Positions 27,414 to 33,519 of a stretch of DNA of 33,519 nucleotides are shown here, piece after piece. Positions within the stretch are counted from its first letter, which is position 1. Every line of letters starts with the position of its first letter. The DNA lies in IMG/VR virus record IMGVR_UViG_3300037802_000064, positions 1 through 33,519 of that record, one strand, 5' to 3'. A program made the translations under genes and the position numbers. Source of the DNA: a virus. Lineage: Duplodnaviria > Caudoviricetes. Below the pieces are notes generated by a model. The model was not told the origin of the DNA, did no database searches, and saw only the letters and a list, made by a program, of their open reading frames with translations.

Positions 27414-27593
27414 TTACTGTGTGCCTTTTAAAGCACTTTTAATGCGTTTTAAGAGACTTTGATGTCTCTGTGATATACTACCATCAAAAAGTTGAGATGT
27501 TTGATTTAACAAATATTCCCTCAAGAGATTCAACTCTCCTTTTTGATATGTCAAAAACTTGGCACACTCTTTGATGTCAGCCTCAAAAATCAT
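27414..27593 (-). CDS. Possible 59-aa ORF coinciding with the 139-bp element
   Basis: ATGA overlap with the upstream stop and fills the gap, but divergence from copy A does not look codon-like. Confidence 0.35.
   Translation of the reverse strand: MIFEADIKECAKFLTYQKGELNLLREYLLNQTSQLFDGSISQRHQSLLKRIKSALKGTQ
27437..27575 (-). repeat. 139-bp element, copy B
   Basis: Reverse complement aligns to 8337-8475 at equal length. Confidence 0.88.
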
Positions 27594-28021
27594 CCTAATA
27601 ACACCCAATTAGTCCCATTGAATCCCTCAAATTGTGATGTGTCTGTATTAAACCACATTGTCCCTGTGGATGCTGGGGATGGTCTTGATGCTGTGTTCCC
27701 GTTTGGCAATCCCAATGTCTTGTCTGTGATGTCAGTCATGTCAAAAATGGTGTCTGTGTTTGGATTTGCACCCACACCAATTCCCATGACATTTGTGAAT
27801 GTGAGAGTGAAGTTGTCCATGTCCATCTCCCTGTCAGCATCCAACAACCCATCATCTGTATATATATTGTCTCCTGTGATTGTGGCATTGATTTCAGTCA
27901 ATAGGTCTGACCATGACAAAGCCTTTGAGACAAAAGTTGTGTCCAATTGGTCTTGAGAAACATCAAATAAATCTCCATTTTGGAGAGTTGTCATTGTTGG
28001 ATATTGTGATATTTTAGGCAT
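27590..28021 (-). CDS. Putative tail fibre-type protein
   Basis: N-terminal KISQ motif; LP.G.TASRP....G.MWFNTDTSQFEGFNGTNW. Confidence 0.6.
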   Translation of the reverse strand: MPKISQYPTMTTLQNGDLFDVSQDQLDTTFVSKALSWSDLLTEINATITGDNIYTDDGLLDADREMDMDNFTLTFTNVMGIGVGANPNTDTIFDMTDITDKTLGLPNGNTASRPSPASTGTMWFNTDTSQFEGFNGTNWVLLG

Positions 28022-28036
28022 AATATTTTTATTTTA

Positions 28037-28051
28037 CAAATTTAAACATTT
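28037..28051 (-). promoter_or_regulatory. -7 promoter element (TAAATTTG) preceded by AATGTT
   Basis: In the intergenic gap upstream of 28021. Confidence 0.5.
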
Positions 28052-28074
28052 TTTTTTTAATACATTTTTCATTC

Positions 28075-30777
28075 TTATTCAATAATTTTGTGAGTCAAAT
28101 CCTCCTCCAATTTTACCCCTCCAGCCTCTGTCAATTTTGTGGCATTCCAACAGTCAACGCATGGCTCACCCTCACCAAATGACTCCAGAACATTAATTGG
28201 CTCATGAGGATAATCAGGCACATTTGTTGAAGTTGAAATCACCTCCCAACAGTCACCAGAATAATCAATATAAATCACTTGTCCAATGTATGCTGTCAAA
28301 TCTGTTGATGTGAAATATTCTGCTGGAGGCTCTCCAGAACAATTCCTGATGTGCCATGTGGTTTCACCCTCTCCAGTGCTATCACTCAACCTTGCTGATA
28401 TTGACAAGACTGAGCCTGATGGAATCAAGGTGTCATCAATACGACACTCCAAAATCACATCACTCCCAGAGTTTGTGAGTTTGCATTTTGTTTCCAATGG
28501 CAATGGAATCAATGGACTGGATGCAATTGGATTGTAAATTGTGGATATTTGATAAGGTGAATTGATTGTCCCTTGTTGGACATCAAGTCTTATCCATCCC
28601 CATCCTCCTGTGAGGTCTGGAGGTGTTGGAAAAGCTAATGGATTTTTTGAGAATGTGGCTTTTACATCTGTGTAATTATCAGACAAAATCACATCAATTT
28701 GATTCCCTATGGTGTCAAATGTTTCAATATTACAAATCCATTTTGGGAATCTGTTGCCATCAAGGTCATAAAAATAGGCTTTTATATCATTAGATAAAAA
28801 CCAATAATCTGTCAAAGTTCCAGTCCCATCATTGACAGTGGCTTTCAATTTTGCTTTTATTTGATAGGCATTTGGAGGTGCAAAAGTCATTGTTGTTGAA
28901 TAATTTGATGTCAAAAGATTCAATCCATTATTCAATTGAGTGCCATCAAAATATTGTGTGTTTGCTGTTAATAAAGCAATCCACTCTTCAAAATTAAACC
29001 TCACTCCAATGTTCGTGTCATATAATTCCACATTTATTGCACCATGTGTCCCACTTCCAGCATTGACACAATCAATCTTTTTAAAATCTGAGGATGGGTC
29101 AATCAAAAAATTGTTTGTATTATTTACATTAATTTGCTGAATACCCATTGACATCACAGCACCAGTCAAATCAATCTGAGTTGTCTGGAGTGTAAAATCA
29201 TCATTTGTGTCTGTATTAAAAGCAACAATGTCCATTGATAATGAGGTCAAAAATGCACCCACATCAGTATTCAATTTGAAAGGTGCTTGGATTTGGAATC
29301 CATCCTCAATCCAACCTTTGTAATCATTCGGCAATGTTGGTGCTGTGTCACTTTCATTGTGAGGCACAAATTTGAATTCATCCACAAACATCAAATCTGG
29401 GACATCTGGATTGAAAGTATAATCATTAAGGTCAGCCAACATCATCACTCTGTCTGAGGCTGGAGACATCAACAATGGGTCTCCAGTTCCCAAAAATATC
29501 ATGTATTTTTGATTTAAAAGGAGAGATTGTTGTGCTGGAGTATATGCAACATCAAACTCAACTGTCATGATGTCTCCCAATCCAGATGCTGAGGTGATGT
29601 CAAAATTTGTGAGGATAGTTGAGTTTTTTGGTGGCTCAAAAATTGATGTGAATATTGAGTCAAACATGAAATTTGTTTCAATGTCATTGGAATTTTGTTG
29701 ATAATCTAATTGAGGAGGTAAATAAGAAATACAGCCAACAACTTTGACACCATCACCCAAAAAGACCAAATTATTTGAGACAACCTCAATCACCACATGA
29801 CATGAGTCTGAATAATCTAAGGCACTCAAGATTGTCCCTGTTGTGTTTGATGTAATGACAACACTCTGAATTGAAAAATTGTTTGTGAATCCATTAAAAT
29901 TCTCATCCAGCCATCCTGTATTCCCTTGAATTGAGTCAAAATCATTTGACCTTGATGTGTTTGGATTGTTCATGGCTTGTCTCATCTCAATTTTTGACAC
30001 ATATTTCAGACAGTTTGTGGATTGCCATTCTGGAAAAGGAGGTGCAAGTGACTGGAGATTTGGCAACCAACCATCCAGAAAATATGGAAACAATCGGAAA
30101 ATGTGGACAATATCAAAAACCTGAGCAAAATCACTTGATTGACCTCCTGTTGTTCTGTAAGCAATTGTCCCAGACCCATCATCTTTCCATGAGTTCACTC
30201 CTGTTGCCTTTGTCATTGGAATGATGGATGTATCTCTCACACCAGCTCCCAAATCAATTCCAACACCACTGGCAAAAAATTCATTGTCTGCTGTCCCATC
30301 AATCTTTGATATAAAATTTATAGACTCATTGTTTTCAATCAATCCATAATTAAAGATAATATTTTCTAATGGTGTTTTTCCATAGACTTTGCCATCAACA
30401 AAAACAAGTGGCAACACACCCAGACCAGAAAAATCAATCTGAGTTGGTGTGATTGCTGTGATTGTTCTGTCAGCCACAACAACTCCAACAGGAGATAATT
30501 CCCAAATATCAATGATGTCTCCCAACTGAAATCCATCAGCCTCAAAATCGCCACTCCCTGACCTTGTTAATGTTGTCCCAGAGACTGTGAAAGTGTCTGT
30601 GGCTGATGATTCTGATGTCCATGAGATTTTGAATTCAATTGAGTTTTTTAAAAGTTCACCACTATTCCCAGCCAGATAGGTGGTTGTATTTGCTGGAATT
30701 AAATTGCTGGTCAACAATTCACCATTATTGAATTGATTTGCAAACTGTTGAGATAATATTGTCAAATTTAAACCCAT
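28075..30777 (-). CDS. Large virion structural (tail/baseplate) protein
   Basis: 900 aa, Thr/Asn/Asp-rich beta-type composition, downstream of TMP. Confidence 0.65.
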   Translation of the reverse strand: MGLNLTILSQQFANQFNNGELLTSNLIPANTTTYLAGNSGELLKNSIEFKISWTSESSATDTFTVSGTTLTRSGSGDFEADGFQLGDIIDIWELSPVGVVVADRTITAITPTQIDFSGLGVLPLVFVDGKVYGKTPLENIIFNYGLIENNESINFISKIDGTADNEFFASGVGIDLGAGVRDTSIIPMTKATGVNSWKDDGSGTIAYRTTGGQSSDFAQVFDIVHIFRLFPYFLDGWLPNLQSLAPPFPEWQSTNCLKYVSKIEMRQAMNNPNTSRSNDFDSIQGNTGWLDENFNGFTNNFSIQSVVITSNTTGTILSALDYSDSCHVVIEVVSNNLVFLGDGVKVVGCISYLPPQLDYQQNSNDIETNFMFDSIFTSIFEPPKNSTILTNFDITSASGLGDIMTVEFDVAYTPAQQSLLLNQKYMIFLGTGDPLLMSPASDRVMMLADLNDYTFNPDVPDLMFVDEFKFVPHNESDTAPTLPNDYKGWIEDGFQIQAPFKLNTDVGAFLTSLSMDIVAFNTDTNDDFTLQTTQIDLTGAVMSMGIQQINVNNTNNFLIDPSSDFKKIDCVNAGSGTHGAINVELYDTNIGVRFNFEEWIALLTANTQYFDGTQLNNGLNLLTSNYSTTMTFAPPNAYQIKAKLKATVNDGTGTLTDYWFLSNDIKAYFYDLDGNRFPKWICNIETFDTIGNQIDVILSDNYTDVKATFSKNPLAFPTPPDLTGGWGWIRLDVQQGTINSPYQISTIYNPIASSPLIPLPLETKCKLTNSGSDVILECRIDDTLIPSGSVLSISARLSDSTGEGETTWHIRNCSGEPPAEYFTSTDLTAYIGQVIYIDYSGDCWEVISTSTNVPDYPHEPINVLESFGEGEPCVDCWNATKLTEAGGVKLEEDLTHKIIE

Positions 30778-31019
30778 TATTTTTGTGTTTGTTTAGTTGA
30801 TAATTTTGTTTTTTCAATCACCCTCAATGCTCCCATAAAATCACCCTCATCCATTTTTTGTTTTGCCAGTCTCTCCATTGCATTGACCTCAGACAATTGT
30901 TCTGGACTCAATCCAGCCTTTGCCTCATCCATCATTTTGTCTTTGTCTTTGATAATAGATTTTAAATTGTTTGTCAACTCTTGAAATTTTCCCAATATCT
31001 GTTTGTTATTTATAGCCAT
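30777..31019 (-). CDS. Hypothetical helical protein
   Basis: 80 aa, TAATG coupling to the next gene. Confidence 0.65.
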   Translation of the reverse strand: MAINNKQILGKFQELTNNLKSIIKDKDKMMDEAKAGLSPEQLSEVNAMERLAKQKMDEGDFMGALRVIEKTKLSTKQTQK

Positions 31020-31031
31020 TATATATTTTTT

Positions 31032-32786
31032 TTAGTCATAATTTTCACCCACCTCAATGAATTGTTCTTTTAAATTTCTCGTATAAACTGTATTAACTTT
31101 ATAATCAACAACTGCAAAATCTTTTGACACACTCCATTGGATTTTGGTGATTTGTGCTTGGTTTCCATTAATGTCGTAAAAATACGAATTATCAATCAAA
31201 GTTAAAAAATCAGCAAATCCAAATGGAATTCTCACACCCTCATGCAACATCCATTGATTTGTGTTGGTGAATGATGTCCCAACAAATGATTTTTGGATGT
31301 GATAATCATTATATAAAACCTTTGCACTCCACAAATCATGATAATTGGTGGGCATTTTAAAAGATACAGGGTCTAAATATAACATTTTCGGCACATTTAA
31401 AAAATCAGTCTCCATTTTTAAAACACCAATTCTGGATGTGATGGGAGGTAAACTTGACCCACCTCCAAAAATAGTTCCAATAATATCAGATAAAGTCACA
31501 GCAATTGCAACCACACCATCAAAAAATTTTTCAATCAAATTCCTTTTGTTTTTTCTAATTCCCAAAGCATAAGGAATCTCAATCTCCTCCAGTCCAGTGA
31601 GACAAACTCTTTGGATGTTTGGTGTTGTGATGGGAGTTGTGATGACTTCATAAGATGTCCCCTTATAATTTTCCATGATGTTTTTATCCTGAGAGTCAGG
31701 AGTGAAAGTCAAAAGGAGATTGGATGACATCTCTCCAGTGTTGAATTTTTTTGTCTCAATCAAAACATCTGGCATATTATATGATGATTGTTGATACCAC
31801 CACGCTGAGTTCAATGAGTGTTGTTCAATTACTCCATTTTTAATGGCAATTTTTGAGTTGAATGTTTTATTTACAAGAGCCAAAATCTCTCCAAATGTAT
31901 ATCCATAATCTCTGGCATTTGGAAAGCCAACACCACTTTGAAAAATTGAAATCCCTCCTCTTTGTTTATCTGCATTTGTTTGCTCATCAATTGAGTCTTT
32001 TGATGGCAATAAAACAATGAGATTGTCTTGTATTTGAGATATTGATGTGTTATATAAATAATTTAAATGACTTGACCCAATCTCCAAAAGTTTTTTGAGT
32101 CTCATGCCTCTGGTGAATTTTATTGGCTGAATCAACATTCTCATTAAATCTCTCACCATATCAATGAGATAAAATAATAAAATCCCAGCATAAATAATCT
32201 CCAAAGCAATTTGGAGAGGTGCAACAATACCAGAGGCAATGTCCTGTGCTATACTTTTAATGAGGTCAATCATCTGACATGACATTGTATATATTGTAAA
32301 AACTAACAAAGCAAACTCAACAAATGAAAACTCTTTCTCAATGACATAAGGAATCCACTCCATATCACTCAAATCCAAAACACCCTCATCATATAGATAT
32401 TGCCATGTCAATCCAGATGCCAAATCATTTAAGTTTTGGAGACCATTATCCTTTTTGATTTTGCCTGACACTGATGTTGGATTGTTGATTTGAAAATCAT
32501 CTGTCATGTCCATGTAGCCATCAAAAGCCAAATAGGATGGTTGCTCACCAGTCACCATGACACTCAGTGGAATCCCTTGAAAAATCCCAGCACCTCCAGT
32601 CAAACCACCATCAATCCAATCTCTGATTGATTGAGCAAAATCATTGACAAATTCAAATTCTGTTGTTGAGATGTTTGCTTGGGCATTGCCATTCTCAAAT
32701 GTTGCCAACAATTCAAGGTCATGGAGTTCCTTAATTTGAGAGGAGTTGTCTCCATTTAAAGTTAATATGAGTTTAGTATCAGCCAT
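31032..32786 (-). CDS. Putative tail tip/hub protein with internal hydrophobic segments
   Basis: 584 aa immediately after TMP. Confidence 0.6.
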   Translation of the reverse strand: MADTKLILTLNGDNSSQIKELHDLELLATFENGNAQANISTTEFEFVNDFAQSIRDWIDGGLTGGAGIFQGIPLSVMVTGEQPSYLAFDGYMDMTDDFQINNPTSVSGKIKKDNGLQNLNDLASGLTWQYLYDEGVLDLSDMEWIPYVIEKEFSFVEFALLVFTIYTMSCQMIDLIKSIAQDIASGIVAPLQIALEIIYAGILLFYLIDMVRDLMRMLIQPIKFTRGMRLKKLLEIGSSHLNYLYNTSISQIQDNLIVLLPSKDSIDEQTNADKQRGGISIFQSGVGFPNARDYGYTFGEILALVNKTFNSKIAIKNGVIEQHSLNSAWWYQQSSYNMPDVLIETKKFNTGEMSSNLLLTFTPDSQDKNIMENYKGTSYEVITTPITTPNIQRVCLTGLEEIEIPYALGIRKNKRNLIEKFFDGVVAIAVTLSDIIGTIFGGGSSLPPITSRIGVLKMETDFLNVPKMLYLDPVSFKMPTNYHDLWSAKVLYNDYHIQKSFVGTSFTNTNQWMLHEGVRIPFGFADFLTLIDNSYFYDINGNQAQITKIQWSVSKDFAVVDYKVNTVYTRNLKEQFIEVGENYD

Positions 32787-33519
32787 TTAAAAAATTCCTT
32801 TTGTGGATTGATGCTTGTTGTCAATCCTTTGTTTTGTTTCAACTTTCTCAATTATCATTTGAGATACTTCATCCCATCTCACCTCAGTCAACATTGGTTT
32901 GTTCTCAATTGTCTTTTGTAGTTCATCAAATTTGTCCAATATCATTGAGGTTGATTGAAATGGCTCACTCAATTTTTTCATCTGTGGTTTTATCCAGTTG
33001 ACATCCTCAAAAACTCCTGAATTATAGTCCATTGCCAGAGTTGTGAGTTGTTCATTTGACAATCCTCCTATTTTTTTATTTTGTTGCTTTGTCATGATTC
33101 TCTCACCCTCATCAATTCTGGCTAAAATTTTATCTTTACCCTTTGGTGCATTGCTGTCATGGACATACTCTGACCCCTCTGCAAAGGCTGGGAGACTTCC
33201 AATGATTGCAACCAGTTTGGTGATGTCTCTAATTGTTGAGGTCACAGCATCACCATCATTTTGCTCAAGTTTTTGGCTGAGTAAATCCAGACCAGACAAA
33301 ATTGCTTGTCTCCTCATTTTCTTTTTTTCCAACTCATCTTTTTGCCTCTCCAATTCAGCCTGTCTCTTTTGCTCTGATGCCAACGATTGTTCTGCTGTTG
33401 TAGTTCCTTTGATTGCCAATTGCCTCAATTCATCCTCTCTTTTTTCTGACTCTGAAATCTCTTTGTCAATGGCTTTGATTTGTGCGTCTGTCCTCCTGTC
33501 AATTTGTTTGATGACTTCT
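32787..33519 (-). CDS. Tail tape measure protein, C-terminal part
   Basis: Same frame as 1..3115 via the repeat; PAFAEGSEYV...ARIDEGERIM is a typical TMP C-terminal motif. Confidence 0.85.
   Translation of the reverse strand, partial: EVIKQIDRRTDAQIKAIDKEISESEKREDELRQLAIKGTTTAEQSLASEQKRQAELERQKDELEKKKMRRQAILSGLDLLSQKLEQNDGDAVTSTIRDITKLVAIIGSLPAFAEGSEYVHDSNAPKGKDKILARIDEGERIMTKQQNKKIGGLSNEQLTTLAMDYNSGVFEDVNWIKPQMKKLSEPFQSTSMILDKFDELQKTIENKPMLTEVRWDEVSQMIIEKVETKQRIDNKHQSTKGIF
33383..33519. repeat. Terminal direct repeat (right copy)
   Basis: 136/137 identical to 1-137. Confidence 0.97.

Noticed and set aside
25297-30777. Diversity-generating retroelement
   Set aside because: No reverse transcriptase, and the only long repeat pair is not adenine-specific in its differences
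1-33519. Stop-codon reassignment
   Set aside because: Core genes are full length and densely packed under the standard code

Overview
The window looks like a complete, circular-mapping ~33.4 kb tailed-phage genome (siphovirus-like, HK97-type head module). Bases 1-137 repeat 33383-33519 with one mismatch, and the tape-measure gene reads in frame across the join. TAnnTTTG (-7) promoters, A-rich SD-less starts and a QRNVGNY tape-measure motif suggest a Bacteroidota host. All credible genes are on the minus strand. Transcription order: early/regulatory and replication genes (HTH proteins, SSB-like, initiator, DnaC-like ATPase, RuvC-like, NinB-like, HNH-like, DnaA-domain-IV-like, C5 MTase 2), terS/terL/portal/protease/capsid, an inserted anti-restriction cassette (C5 MTase 1, ArdC), tail genes, then amidase/holin/spanin-like lysis genes. 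I recognised no integrase, polymerase, helicase, tRNA or CRISPR. The most unusual signals are: (1) a pair of 139-bp block-conserved elements in inverted orientation 19 kb apart; (2) a 14-bp palindromic operator-like motif shared by these elements and several promoters; (3) two minimal C5 methyltransferase paralogs in a strongly CpG-depleted genome; (4) a three-hairpin sRNA candidate; (5) an origin-like palindrome duplicated between terL and portal. All product calls come from motif recognition by eye, not from database searches.
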